A stretch of DNA of 64,000 nucleotides from Candidatus Jorgensenbacteria bacterium (GCA_011050075.1 DRGK01000017.1:39838-103837); one strand, 5' to 3'; positions 28,369 through 38,608 are shown, counted from the stretch's first letter. Notes: a model not told the origin generated them from the letters alone. Program-made: numbers and translations.

Positions 28369-28853
28369 TGCTGTCCCTCAAACGTAAAACCTATAAACCC
28401 CTACCTACCGGCAGGCAGGTAAAATCTCAAAAAGGGTTCACTCTCCTTGAGATAATGATCGTTATTGGCCTCTTTGCTTTGCTCGTAGGCATTAGTATAC
28501 CGTTTGGACTTGATGTATACCGCAGCTACGTACTAATTTCCGAAACACGAAATATGGTTAGTTTCCTGCGACGCGCGGAGACGTTGTCTTTCACCAATAC
28601 CAGGAATGATTCGTATGGAGTTATGGTCATGAACGATCGATTCGTTGTGTTTCGTGGTGCGTCGTTTGCAACGCGTGATACTGCATTTGATGAAGAGTAT
28701 CTACGCTCGCCATTAGTAATCGTGTCGGGTATCGCGCATATTGTGTTTGCTGCGGTGACGGGAAGACCAGACATAATGGGTACCACAACATTCAGCAACG
28801 GCGTAAATGAACAAACAGTATTTATTAATGAACATGGCACACTTTTCTGGTGA
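28368..28853 (+). CDS. Minor pilin (FimT/GspH-like)
   Basis: KG|FTLLE class III signal peptide. Confidence 0.85.
   Translation: MLSLKRKTYKPLPTGRQVKSQKGFTLLEIMIVIGLFALLVGISIPFGLDVYRSYVLISETRNMVSFLRRAETLSFTNTRNDSYGVMVMNDRFVVFRGASFATRDTAFDEEYLRSPLVIVSGIAHIVFAAVTGRPDIMGTTTFSNGVNEQTVFINEHGTLFW
28399..28419. repeat. 21-nt palindromic element in frame in a pilin leader
   Basis: CCCTACCTACCGGCAGGCAGG; removing it restores YKLKSQKGF. Confidence 0.75.
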
Positions 28854-30249
28854 AAAGGGACAATCTCTCATAGAAATTCTTATTGCGTTCACACTCATCG
28901 TGCTTGGTATCGGGTCGGCGACGATACTGGTGTTTGGTGGACAAGGGCTGCTTATTGACAGGGGAAATACGGTACAAGCTCGTTCTCGTGCACAGGAAGG
29001 GTTACTTGCGGTAGAGCAGATGATACAGAACGATTGGGATTCGGTGTCAAATGGTACGTATGGCATTGTGTTCACCAACGGTACCTGGCAGCTATCCGGC
29101 GAAAGTACTATTGATGACCGATATACACGGTATGTCTCGGTAACCAGTATTGATGATAATCGGAAGGAGATTACAAGCAGTGTTGTATGGGAAACGGGTG
29201 GAGAAGGTTCCCGGATTGTTGAGTTTGTAACACTGGTTACCAACTGGCAAAATGTTGCACCGCCGTCACCGGATCCGGGAGATACGGGAGGTGGCGGAGT
29301 GAGCGGTAACTGGCAAAACCCGAGAACACTGGGTTCTGTTGATCTGGGTCCGGGAAATGAAGCATCAGACATTGATGTGATCAATAAGATCGTTTATATG
29401 TCTGCCACCGCGTCTTCTAAGAACAAGCCTGACTTCTTTATTATTGATGCAACCGATGGGGAAAATCCGGTAATGATATCTGAGCTTAATACCGGTCCGT
29501 CACTCAATTCCATTGATGCCAGCGGCAACTATGCATATGTGGCAAACGATGATGCGCAGGCACAGTTGCAGGTTATTGATGTGAGTGACATTAATAATCC
29601 TTCTATTACTGCGTCCCTTGAAGTTGCTGCTGACGCTGGAGGTACTGCTATATTCTTTACTAACGCAAAAATATATCTGGGCACCTACCAAAACGGTGCG
29701 GCTGAGTTTTATATCATTGATGTTTCGGACCCCTTAAACCCCAGCGTACTAGGCTCGTATGAAATGAACGGAACGGTGCGTGATATATATGTACGTAATA
29801 GTCGTGCATATATCACCGTTGAACGGGAAGTGGATACGGTAGCTATACTAAACGTTTCAACTCCTTCATCAATCGTATCGGAAGGAGGCGAATATATTGA
29901 TGAAGCATACGGTATCATGAGCATACGACCAGCACTCACCTTTATCGGCATTGATACTGATTTGGTTATTGCGGATACTGCGAATGCAGCCGCAGTGGCT
30001 ACAATTGGCTCTATCGGAATTGGCGGGAACGTCAATGATATTGCGGTGAGGGATTATCTCGTCTTTATTGCAACATCAAATAACAACAAAGAGTTCCAGA
30101 CAATTAACGTATCTGATCCAAGTAACCCATCAGTTCATTCTTCTTTTAATTTTTCGCAGGTTGGAACCGGTATTGATTACGAGGATAATATTGTCTACAT
30201 CTCAGTGAGAAGCAATGACGCTTTACGTATCATCACATCATCTCCATGA
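28834..30249 (+). CDS. Large minor pilin with an LVIVD-repeat C-terminal domain (putative tip adhesin)
   Basis: KG|QSLIE signal; Pro/Gly linker; repeats FIIDATD, LQVIDVSD, YIIDVSDP, INVSDP. Start is 28828 or 28834. Confidence 0.8.
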   Translation: MAHFSGEKGQSLIEILIAFTLIVLGIGSATILVFGGQGLLIDRGNTVQARSRAQEGLLAVEQMIQNDWDSVSNGTYGIVFTNGTWQLSGESTIDDRYTRYVSVTSIDDNRKEITSSVVWETGGEGSRIVEFVTLVTNWQNVAPPSPDPGDTGGGGVSGNWQNPRTLGSVDLGPGNEASDIDVINKIVYMSATASSKNKPDFFIIDATDGENPVMISELNTGPSLNSIDASGNYAYVANDDAQAQLQVIDVSDINNPSITASLEVAADAGGTAIFFTNAKIYLGTYQNGAAEFYIIDVSDPLNPSVLGSYEMNGTVRDIYVRNSRAYITVEREVDTVAILNVSTPSSIVSEGGEYIDEAYGIMSIRPALTFIGIDTDLVIADTANAAAVATIGSIGIGGNVNDIAVRDYLVFIATSNNNKEFQTINVSDPSNPSVHSSFNFSQVGTGIDYEDNIVYISVRSNDALRIITSSP

Positions 30250-30764
30250 AGACTCATAAACCCCTACCTACCGGCAAGCAAGTAAAATCTCAAAAAGGAT
30301 TCACGCTTATTGAAGCGCTTATCTATGCCACGCTATTAGGTATCTTTTTAGGCAGTGTCATTATTGTAGTTGGGAACATTCTTGCCTCTACCGATAGCAC
30401 ACTGGTGCGTAATGAGGTACTTGCCAATCAAGAGTTCGTTGAACAGAAACTTTCATGGCTTGCAGAACAGGCGACCGCGGTTACAGAACCACTCTCAGGA
30501 AGTTCCTCAACGCGAGTAGTTTTCACTGAACCGATATCCGGCACTAATCCGGCAATTTTTGAACTGCAGGACGGGAAAATTATGCTAACCCTCGGTTCCG
30601 GTGAAAGCGCTGCGCTGACCAATAATCGCGTGCGCGCGTCCGATTTCACCATTACCCACTACACATTAAACGGTGCATCACTGATACGAGTCTTATTTGG
30701 ACTTGAGCACATTGTCTACAGTCAAGTAACGAGCACGACCACACTCACCTTTATTATTCCGTAG
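30246..30764 (+). CDS. Minor pilin (PilW/GspJ-like)
   Basis: KG|FTLIE signal. Confidence 0.85.
   Translation: MKTHKPLPTGKQVKSQKGFTLIEALIYATLLGIFLGSVIIVVGNILASTDSTLVRNEVLANQEFVEQKLSWLAEQATAVTEPLSGSSSTRVVFTEPISGTNPAIFELQDGKIMLTLGSGESAALTNNRVRASDFTITHYTLNGASLIRVLFGLEHIVYSQVTSTTTLTFIIP
30262..30282. repeat. Second copy of the 21-nt element, in a pilin leader
   Basis: CCCTACCTACCGGCAAGCAAG with the same flanks as 28399-28419. Confidence 0.75.
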
Positions 30765-30767
30765 CAT

Positions 30768-31163
30768 ATGCAACACGATACATATCAACAGGGGTACGTA
30801 GCGGTTATGAGCGCTATTATCATTACCGCTATTCTGCTTGTCGTCGCATTGACCTTTAGTTCCAGTAGTTTTATGGGTAGGTTTGATACACAAGCAGTGG
30901 AATTCAAGATACTGACACGGAACTTAGCGCAGGGATGTATCGCGCATGCACAGTTAATGCTCGCGCTGGGAAGCTATACTGGCAATGAGGATGTGGTAGT
31001 GGGTGCATATACCTGCCGCGTCGTCTCCGTTACGCAGGGGAGCGGTATCATAACAGTGCAGGTAACTGCAATCATAGAGGACCACACTACAAATCTTGAA
31101 GCAGTCTTGGATAGCGCTACACTCGCTATTAATTCAGTTATAGAGATAAGTACGTTTGAGTAA
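30768..31163 (+). CDS. Minor pilin (PilX/GspK-like)
   Basis: QG|YVAVMS signal without Glu5; LAQGC motif. Confidence 0.75.
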   Translation: MQHDTYQQGYVAVMSAIIITAILLVVALTFSSSSFMGRFDTQAVEFKILTRNLAQGCIAHAQLMLALGSYTGNEDVVVGAYTCRVVSVTQGSGIITVQVTAIIEDHTTNLEAVLDSATLAINSVIEISTFE

Positions 31164-31230
31164 ATATGGTATACTATCAATAGATAAGCTTTTTTAAGAA
31201 AAGGTCGTGTTTTTTTCAACATTATAGTAA

Positions 31231-31701
31231 ATGTCTAAAAATAGAGTGCAAAAAGTTAAAACAGAAGGTGGTTTTACATTAATTGAACTTTTGGTTGTTA
31301 TCGGCATCATCGCCATCCTTGCGGGTGTGGTGATTGTTGCCCTAAACCCGGCGCGACAGTTCGCGCAGGCACGCAACAGCCAACGTTGGTCAAATGTAAA
31401 TGCGATTTTGAATGCTGTAGGTCAGAACTTAGCTGATAACCGTGGGATATTCACCTGTGCTGCAGGAGTTATTCCAACGTCTGCGACAAATATGTCATCC
31501 TCTACATATGATATAGCGACATGTATTGTACCAACATACATGCCGACTATGCCATTTGACCCAAGTGATGCGAGCGCATACTACACCGATACGGCTGATT
31601 ACAACACGGTGTACAGTATTGTACGCAGTGCGACGACCAGCCGAATTACTGTCTCTTCACCATCAGCAGAATTAGAAGAAGCAATTGCAGTAACGAGATA
31701 G
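31231..31701 (+). CDS. Major type IV pilin
   Basis: GG|FTLIELLVVIGIIAILAG; own extended -10 (TGG-TATACT at 31170) and terminator. Confidence 0.9.
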   Translation: MSKNRVQKVKTEGGFTLIELLVVIGIIAILAGVVIVALNPARQFAQARNSQRWSNVNAILNAVGQNLADNRGIFTCAAGVIPTSATNMSSSTYDIATCIVPTYMPTMPFDPSDASAYYTDTADYNTVYSIVRSATTSRITVSSPSAELEEAIAVTR

Positions 31702-31721
31702 TCATTATACGTGTACTAACT

Positions 31722-31749
31722 AAAACCCCGGGATATGTCCCGGGGTTTT
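31722..31749 (+). terminator. Terminator after the major pilin
   Basis: AAAACCCCGG...CCGGGGTTTT. Confidence 0.85.
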
Positions 31750-31815
31750 GACTGATTGAAAGTTTACTACATAACAAGCCATTTTTAGAGAAAATAGTGT
31801 GTTATAATTAGGATA

Positions 31816-32088
31816 ATGAAATTGCCGGAGTTTTTTAAACCAATTTTGTGGTCTTATGACTTTCCTGCCATAGATTCTGAGAAGAACAAGAAAGTTATTA
31901 TTGTGAATACGATAAATTACGGTGATTTAAAGCATTGGCATTGGTTGATACAACATTATGGGAAAGAGGCAGTTAAAGATGTTTTAGAACAGATCCCTTC
32001 AAGTGAAATAAGACCGCGGGCGCTTCGTCTCGCGACAACTATTTTCTCTATTAAAAACTTCAATTATGCACCTCGAGGTATTAACTGA
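31816..32088 (+). CDS. DUF6922-like small protein, putative partner of the AbiEii NTase
   Basis: ILWSYD...II...INYG....W.WL...YG pattern; overlaps the next gene. Confidence 0.65.
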   Translation: MKLPEFFKPILWSYDFPAIDSEKNKKVIIVNTINYGDLKHWHWLIQHYGKEAVKDVLEQIPSSEIRPRALRLATTIFSIKNFNYAPRGIN

Positions 32089-32683
32089 GAAGGGCAAAGA
32101 AATTTTTTCCAGGCTTGATCGTTTTAATAAATTTTACCTCGCTGGTGGGACAGCATTAGCTTTGCAAATCGGACATAGGGCTTCAATTGACTTTGACTTA
32201 TTTTCCAAAAAAGAAATCCAGAAGGACTTTCTGTCTGAGATTGAGGAAGCTTTTCCTGGAGAGAACATATCAGTAGTTGTAAATAATCCCGATGAGGTAA
32301 CTGTTTTCGTAAGTGAAACGAAAGTTACTTTTTTGAAATATCCTTTCCCGTTGATATATGACCTTGTTAATTATGAAAGCGTAAACTTAGCAACCATTAA
32401 AGAAATAGCCGGAATCAAGGCCTATACAATTGGCAGAAGAGGATCTTTTAAAGATTACGTAGATTTATACTTTATTCTTTCTGAGAAGTATTTTTCTCTG
32501 AATGAGATTATTGACGTAGCTGAAAAGAAATACGGAAGTGATTTTAACTCACGACTTTTTCTTGAACAGCTTCTTTATTTGGAAGATATTACCGATACTG
32601 AAATTGTATTTTTAAAAGACAGCGTAGATAAAAAAGAACTAAGAAAATTTTTTGAGGAAGAAATAAAAAAGATTAAGATATAA
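32066..32683 (+). CDS. AbiEii/AbiGii-family nucleotidyltransferase
   Basis: YLAGGTALALQIGHRASIDFDLF, K..TI.RRG..KDYVDLY. Confidence 0.85.
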   Translation: MHLEVLTEKGKEIFSRLDRFNKFYLAGGTALALQIGHRASIDFDLFSKKEIQKDFLSEIEEAFPGENISVVVNNPDEVTVFVSETKVTFLKYPFPLIYDLVNYESVNLATIKEIAGIKAYTIGRRGSFKDYVDLYFILSEKYFSLNEIIDVAEKKYGSDFNSRLFLEQLLYLEDITDTEIVFLKDSVDKKELRKFFEEEIKKIKI

Positions 32684-32689
32684 AAATAA

Positions 32690-33610
32690 ATGACATTTGA
32701 ATCACCAAAATTTGAAGGAAAGGAACTTTCTCCTCTTAATAGGTGGGCCGAAAGAGGGGTCAAAGAAGCCTTGTCGGTCGTGAAAGAAAGATTTGAAAAT
32801 AAGGACAACAAAATTGAGAACCTTGATTTTCACAATACTCAGCACACGCAGAACGTGATACAAAGAACCGAGAAAATTCTCCTAGCAATGAGGGAGGGAA
32901 GTGCTCCAATTACCGAAAAGGACATTGCCCTTGGAAAGCTGTCATCGGCCCACCATGATGTTGTGCAGAGATGGGAGGAAAATAGAGTTAAGGACGGAAA
33001 TTTTGAGAAAGTAATGCGAAGACGCTTTATTGGTGATAACGAGAAAGCAAGCGCTCGCGCCGCGTTAGAGTTTATGGAAAAAGCAAATCAAGAAGCAGGA
33101 GAAGAGATTTTTAAAGATGAAGATATGGAAACGGTAAAAGAGGCGATTGTGGTTACTATCCCAGAATTTGATACGGAAAGGAAAACGGTTATCCAGCCGC
33201 ACCTCAATAAAGAATCGTCTTTTGTCGCAAGGGCTTTAGCTCTTGCAGATATTGGAGTCGCAGGCATGGAAGGATATAACGAGTTCGGTCAGGAAGGAGA
33301 CGCTCTTTTTAGAGAAGAGAATCTTGATATTCTCAGTGCTTTGGAAAACCCGGAAGAGCTTACATTAGAGCAGAAGGAGTATTTTAGAAACCGGATGCTT
33401 ATATGGAGCAAGTTCCAATCAGAGTTTGCCTCCGGCCGTAAGGCATTACTTGAAGAAGAACTAAGCGGTTTAACGTCTTCAGTTCAAGATGAAGTCAAAG
33501 ATTTATTTGATAAGTTTGATGAATCCATCGTGGGTGCGAAGGAAACCGCAGCTAAGCGAGAAGAGATGACCTTTGAAGAGTTAGCAAAGGACATGGGTTA
33601 TCGTCTTTAG
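32690..33610 (+). CDS. Acidic HD-domain-like phosphohydrolase
   Basis: FHNTQHT...AHHD...NEKASA...ALADI. Confidence 0.6.
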   Translation: MTFESPKFEGKELSPLNRWAERGVKEALSVVKERFENKDNKIENLDFHNTQHTQNVIQRTEKILLAMREGSAPITEKDIALGKLSSAHHDVVQRWEENRVKDGNFEKVMRRRFIGDNEKASARAALEFMEKANQEAGEEIFKDEDMETVKEAIVVTIPEFDTERKTVIQPHLNKESSFVARALALADIGVAGMEGYNEFGQEGDALFREENLDILSALENPEELTLEQKEYFRNRMLIWSKFQSEFASGRKALLEEELSGLTSSVQDEVKDLFDKFDESIVGAKETAAKREEMTFEELAKDMGYRL

Positions 33611-33623
33611 AAATCTCTAATTT

Positions 33624-35117
33624 ATGACTAAGTTTAAAACATACTATCTTTACTTCACCGTCTTTGTAACGGGTGCAGTAGTATTGATAATTGAAATCCT
33701 GGGAACAAGAATTCTCGCACCATTTTATGGTACAACAATTTTTGTGTGGTCTTCACTTCTCAGTGTCGCGCTCGGTTTTCTCGCGCTCGGCTATTGGGTG
33801 GGTGGTATTTGGGTTGATAGGAAGCCAAGCTTCTCCAATTTTTATGGGATCGTTTTTCTTGCTGCCACCACACTAGTACTGGCTATTAAACTGAACCGAG
33901 TTGTTCTCGTTTTCTCAGACCAATTCGGTTTGAAGTTTGGTCCACTCATTGCTTCGGTTTTACTTTTTGCGATACCACTTTTCTTATTGGGCATGATAAC
34001 GCCTTTTGCTATACGTTTGCGTACTAAATTAATAGAAAATGTGGGAACACGATCTGGGGGTATTTTTGCTATAGCGACCATTGGATCATTGATAGGAGCT
34101 CTACTCTCGGGTTTCTTCCTCATACCCATTTTATCTATAACGAATATTTTTTATATCACCACCTTACTTCTTGTAGTAATATCTGTTCTTGGTCTTTTAA
34201 TTTCGGGAAAAGAACAAATTAGTGGGAACCGTTATAGATGTCTCTTACTTTTCTTGATTTTTCTTGCTGTACTCTCAATTCCTTTGTTTAATATTGAAGC
34301 ACATAAGAATTCAAGAATTCTTTTTCAAAAACAAGGTTTCTACGGTGACATAAAAGTAGTTGAAATCGGAGAATCACGTTGTCTTGTAGTTAATGGGATG
34401 ACACAGACCTGTGTAAAAATAGAAACATATGACGGAGGTCTGTCATACATAGAAGAAATAGGGAGGATTTTAGCACTACGGCCGCAAGACAAAGACATCT
34501 TGCTTTTAGGACTTGGTGGAGGAAGTATAATGTCTTTTTTTTCAGAAATTCAGGAAATAGACATAATTGAAATAGCCCCCAAAATTATACATATCGCAGA
34601 AAGATTTTTTAACTTTCATCCAGACTTAAATCAGCGCATTATAATAGATGATGCCCGCAGTTTTTTGAGGAGGACAGACAAAAAATACGACCTTATTATT
34701 GCCGACGTGTTTTCGGCTACTACAATCCCTCTCCATCTTTCCACAAAAGAGTATTTTGAACTTTTAAAGAGTCACTTACATTCGGAGGGTCTTGTTCTTT
34801 TTAATTTTATTGGTCGTACTGGGCCAGAGGATCGGTATACAACCTCCTTTGTACGGACGCTACGTTCCGTTTTTCCCTCGGTGATAATTACAAGTCCAGT
34901 ACCAGGACTACAAAGTATGGTTCTCCATGCCTCGGTTGATGAGTCATACGCTCCTCGTATAGGTGAGGAGTTTTACGAAGTACCGGTAGCTGACGATATG
35001 GGAATACTATTGACTGATAATAAAAACCCCCTGGAATTGCTCGCCTTACCTAACCTTGAAGTGTTGCGAAGGAATTTAAAGTCATCCGGTGGTTTTGATT
35101 TGTTTTTCACCAACTGA
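33624..35117 (+). CDS. Fused membrane domain/spermidine synthase-like protein
   Basis: EILGTR.LAP.YG TM domain; LLGLGGG, IEI.P, DDAR, DLIIADVF, HL.T.EYF. Confidence 0.85.
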   Translation: MTKFKTYYLYFTVFVTGAVVLIIEILGTRILAPFYGTTIFVWSSLLSVALGFLALGYWVGGIWVDRKPSFSNFYGIVFLAATTLVLAIKLNRVVLVFSDQFGLKFGPLIASVLLFAIPLFLLGMITPFAIRLRTKLIENVGTRSGGIFAIATIGSLIGALLSGFFLIPILSITNIFYITTLLLVVISVLGLLISGKEQISGNRYRCLLLFLIFLAVLSIPLFNIEAHKNSRILFQKQGFYGDIKVVEIGESRCLVVNGMTQTCVKIETYDGGLSYIEEIGRILALRPQDKDILLLGLGGGSIMSFFSEIQEIDIIEIAPKIIHIAERFFNFHPDLNQRIIIDDARSFLRRTDKKYDLIIADVFSATTIPLHLSTKEYFELLKSHLHSEGLVLFNFIGRTGPEDRYTTSFVRTLRSVFPSVIITSPVPGLQSMVLHASVDESYAPRIGEEFYEVPVADDMGILLTDNKNPLELLALPNLEVLRRNLKSSGGFDLFFTN

Positions 35118-35131
35118 AACACTCATTATCT

Positions 35132-36547
35132 ATGCCCCGCTTTTTAAATAGAAATTCCTTAGTTTTCATAGCACTTGCTACACTTGCAACTTTGCTTGTC
35201 TTTACCGTTTTGCCCTCTATCACAAATGCAGGCGGTACGTTTACCACCAACCAAGACAGTTTTAGGTTTAAAGGCGATACAGGCGGAGAAACGGCAACAG
35301 ACTGGATTGATGCCGAAGACACGAATATTACTCAAGCAAAAAACAGCAACTTTCGCATACGTATTCACTTTCATGAATCAGGTAATGCAGCCGGCGATGT
35401 GACACCTCTTTTAGAGTACAAAACTGCCTCTGGTAATGCATGTGCTAATACGACAGGGTGGACAACTATTACAACTGCAACGACAAATGCATTTGCTCTT
35501 GTCGATTCGTCACAGTTTGTTGAAGCAGTTGCAACTACTGAACAGTTATCAAGCTTTGGCGGAATAGGTTTTGTTGCTGGAGAACTCTTGGACCAAACTA
35601 ATCCCGGTACAATCATTACCATCGGTGCAAAAAACGAAAGTGAGTATGTATGGAACATGAAAGCAACGGACAATGCGGTCGATGGCACGGCGTACATATT
35701 TCGGGTGAGTAATAACGGCACCAACTTAACAAACTATAATGCCTGCCCGCAGGTAACAGTTCCTGCGGGCAATGCACCGCCCGTTGTTTCAAACGTTGCG
35801 TTGGATGGAGGAACAGCAATCACGCTCACAGAAAACACAACTAAAGCTGTTAGCGCTACGGCAGATGTATCAGATCCGAACGGCGCTGACGATATTATTT
35901 CAGCGACCTCAACCATCTACCGTTCCGGTGTCGGTGCGGGATGTACCGCTGATGATGAGAATTGCTACAAAATAGCGAGCTGCACGTTTTCTGGTGCGAC
36001 GAGTACCGTGACCTGCACGGCGAATATACAGTTCTTTGCCGACCCGACCGATGCAAGCTCTACTGCTTATTCTGCTCAGGATTGGCAGGCAGAAATTACG
36101 GTAACCGACTCTGCCAGTGCAACCGGTGCATCGAGCACTCTATCCGGCGTAGAGCTCAATACACTCTGGGCTATCGATATAACCGCAACTATTAACTACG
36201 GGGCTGTTAGTCCAACCGCAGATACAGGGAGTACAAATCAAAGCGTTACGGTTACCAACACAGGTAATGCGGCGATCGATATAGAGGCATCGGGGACTGA
36301 TATAACGCTTGGCGGTAGTACGATAGGAGTTGCCAATCAAAAGTATGCGACCTCCACCTTTACGTACTCGAGCTGTACAATCTGTACGGCACTTTCCTCA
36401 ACCCCCGCTGCATATGAGGTTGATTTACTCAAGCCGACCTCGGCCACGCCGGTTACAGATTTAATCTACTGGGGACTTGCGGTGCCAAACGGCACTGCGC
36501 AAGGGGTGCACAGCGGAACCAATACCTTTACCGCAATAGGCGATTAG
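35132..36547 (+). CDS. Secreted Thr-rich beta-sandwich protein with WxL-like C-terminus
   Basis: Signal peptide; ends YWGLAVP...GVHSGTNTFTA. Confidence 0.75.
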   Translation: MPRFLNRNSLVFIALATLATLLVFTVLPSITNAGGTFTTNQDSFRFKGDTGGETATDWIDAEDTNITQAKNSNFRIRIHFHESGNAAGDVTPLLEYKTASGNACANTTGWTTITTATTNAFALVDSSQFVEAVATTEQLSSFGGIGFVAGELLDQTNPGTIITIGAKNESEYVWNMKATDNAVDGTAYIFRVSNNGTNLTNYNACPQVTVPAGNAPPVVSNVALDGGTAITLTENTTKAVSATADVSDPNGADDIISATSTIYRSGVGAGCTADDENCYKIASCTFSGATSTVTCTANIQFFADPTDASSTAYSAQDWQAEITVTDSASATGASSTLSGVELNTLWAIDITATINYGAVSPTADTGSTNQSVTVTNTGNAAIDIEASGTDITLGGSTIGVANQKYATSTFTYSSCTICTALSSTPAAYEVDLLKPTSATPVTDLIYWGLAVPNGTAQGVHSGTNTFTAIGD

Positions 36548-36593
36548 TACAGGGTTGAATATGATATAATATACATAAAGAGGATGTAATAAT

Positions 36594-37541
36594 ATGAGAA
36601 GTACACTTTCTCTTCTTTTAAAAGTTTATATTTTCGCGATTCCCCTCGCGCTGCTACTGGTCGGGGGACTTTTAATGCTCACAAACACTATTTTAGCAGG
36701 CACTTCAAGCACATCAGTAACCGTTCAAGGCGCTGTCCCCACAGTTACCGTTGTTAACATTTCTCCCGATCCAATTATCCCGACCGAAAATGCAACGACG
36801 AGCATTACCATTACTGCAACAATTTCCGATTCAAACGGATGCGATGATGTATTCACAAGCGGTACTATCGCGGTCGCACTCTATCGGTCAGGTGTTGGTG
36901 CCAGTTGCTCGGTCGATGACAACAACTGTTATCAGAACATCACTTGGGCGGAGGTTGGCAATACCTGCGGGGGCGGTGCAGATACAAGCGGGGATATGGT
37001 TGCCACGGCAACGATATGGTACTTTACCGAAGCAACCGATGCGAGTTCAACATACTCAGGGGAAACATGGCAGGCTCAGGTCAAGGCAGTTGATGAGTCT
37101 AATGCAAGCTCTACCGCTACCGACGCGTCGCCCCCTGAGCTCAATTCGGTATATGCTCTCACTGTTGACAGTGCCATTGCGTACGGTTCTATGTCAGCAG
37201 ATGCTACGAGTACCTTGTCTGAGATTGGACAGTCAACGACGACGGTAACCAACACGGGAAATTACAAGATTGATACCGAGGTATCGGGTACCGATATGAC
37301 GGGTTCAGGTACCATTATTGCAAGCAAACAAAAATATGCTACCTCATTGTTAGGATATGAATCACTTACATACACACTCTCAACGTCTGCTACTGCAAGA
37401 GATTTAAATATTGTGAAAGCGACCTCTTCTTCTACGCCGTCAACGCAAGATACCTACTGGGGTATTTCTATCCCTAGCGCTCAGGCGGAAGGAGGTTATA
37501 GCGGAACCAACACATTTACCGCTATCTATTCAGCCGATTAG
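36594..37541 (+). CDS. Secreted paralogue of the C-terminal two-thirds of 35132-36547
   Basis: Shared TEN.T, SD.NG.DD, YRSGVGA.C..DD.NCY, TDASST, VTNTGN..ID, QKYATS, YWG..IP..G.YSGTNTFTA. Confidence 0.8.
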   Translation: MRSTLSLLLKVYIFAIPLALLLVGGLLMLTNTILAGTSSTSVTVQGAVPTVTVVNISPDPIIPTENATTSITITATISDSNGCDDVFTSGTIAVALYRSGVGASCSVDDNNCYQNITWAEVGNTCGGGADTSGDMVATATIWYFTEATDASSTYSGETWQAQVKAVDESNASSTATDASPPELNSVYALTVDSAIAYGSMSADATSTLSEIGQSTTTVTNTGNYKIDTEVSGTDMTGSGTIIASKQKYATSLLGYESLTYTLSTSATARDLNIVKATSSSTPSTQDTYWGISIPSAQAEGGYSGTNTFTAIYSAD

Positions 37542-37612
37542 TGCAGAGTCTACCAATATAGTAGCTAACGCGGCAATTGTCCGCGCTTTGTTTTCTTAGT
37601 ATGATTACAGAT

Positions 37613-38608
37613 ATGCATATACGTTCTCTAACGTTGATTGTCATTACGTTGTCCTTACTTGCACCATCGGTAGTGGGTGCGTTCGGGGTTTCACCTCCAT
37701 TTATCACAGTACATAAACTTGTGGCTGGCTCGCGTTATGAAACAACAATTACCCTCGTTCAGGGACAGCCGGATGTTGATTTGGAAGTTAAGGCAGTGTT
37801 TGATGTACCTGAAAAGATTAGAGAATGGTTCAGTGTTGATAAGGGATATCAGTTTATAATCCCCGCTGGCGTTCAGCAGTTCCCGATACAAGTTGTTATT
37901 CAGGTTCCGAAAGATACCGGTCTTGGTATTTATAACGGGCACTTACGGATTAACACTGTTCCACAACGGAAAGAAGGTGAACAGATCGCAATCTCCGTTG
38001 GCGCACGCATCGATATCAACATTACGGTAGGGGATGATATTGTCGTTGATTTTTCAGTTAAGAAAATTGACATCTCTGACATTAGAGAAAACGAGTCACC
38101 TCAGATCGTTGTCACTATAGAGAATACGGGGAATGTTCCCATTACACCGGACAGAGCAACATTTGACCTGCTTGATAAGTACGGGGAAGTACGGCTCGGC
38201 TTTGCACAAACGGAGGACTTGCCAGAGACGCCAGCCTTTGAAACTAAAACTTTTGTCGTAGCATTTCCCATAGACATTAAGCTCGGCGTGGGAGAGTACT
38301 GGGGTGAAGCACGATTATATAGAGGTGGGACAATAATTGGGGATGTAAAAACTATCTTCAATGTAACTCCAAGACCAAATTATATACTCTTTATTGGTAT
38401 TGGCTTACTTATTATTGGAGCCGGTGTTTCTATATTTATATTTAAAAAGAAAGCAAGTCGTAAGCCAACGAGTCGTAAGAGAACAGTAACAAAAAAGAAA
38501 GCTGTAAGGAAAACTGCCCGTAAACCAAAAAAACAAGTTAGTAGTAAGAAAAAATTGAATAAGAAAAAGACAGTAAAAACAAAGCAAAAGAAGAGCATTG
38601 GCTCATGA
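37613..38608 (+). CDS. Exported two-domain beta protein with C-terminal TM and Lys-rich tail (WxL-interacting/DUF916-like)
   Basis: Signal peptide, GVSPP, ENTGNVP, TM, then KKKASRKP... tail; start set at 37613. Confidence 0.65.
   Translation: MHIRSLTLIVITLSLLAPSVVGAFGVSPPFITVHKLVAGSRYETTITLVQGQPDVDLEVKAVFDVPEKIREWFSVDKGYQFIIPAGVQQFPIQVVIQVPKDTGLGIYNGHLRINTVPQRKEGEQIAISVGARIDINITVGDDIVVDFSVKKIDISDIRENESPQIVVTIENTGNVPITPDRATFDLLDKYGEVRLGFAQTEDLPETPAFETKTFVVAFPIDIKLGVGEYWGEARLYRGGTIIGDVKTIFNVTPRPNYILFIGIGLLIIGAGVSIFIFKKKASRKPTSRKRTVTKKKAVRKTARKPKKQVSSKKKLNKKKTVKTKQKKSIGS

Noticed and set aside
38440-38600. A-rich low-complexity tract as a DNA repeat
   Set aside because: It encodes the Lys-rich tail of 37613-38608 and shows no nucleotide-level periodicity.
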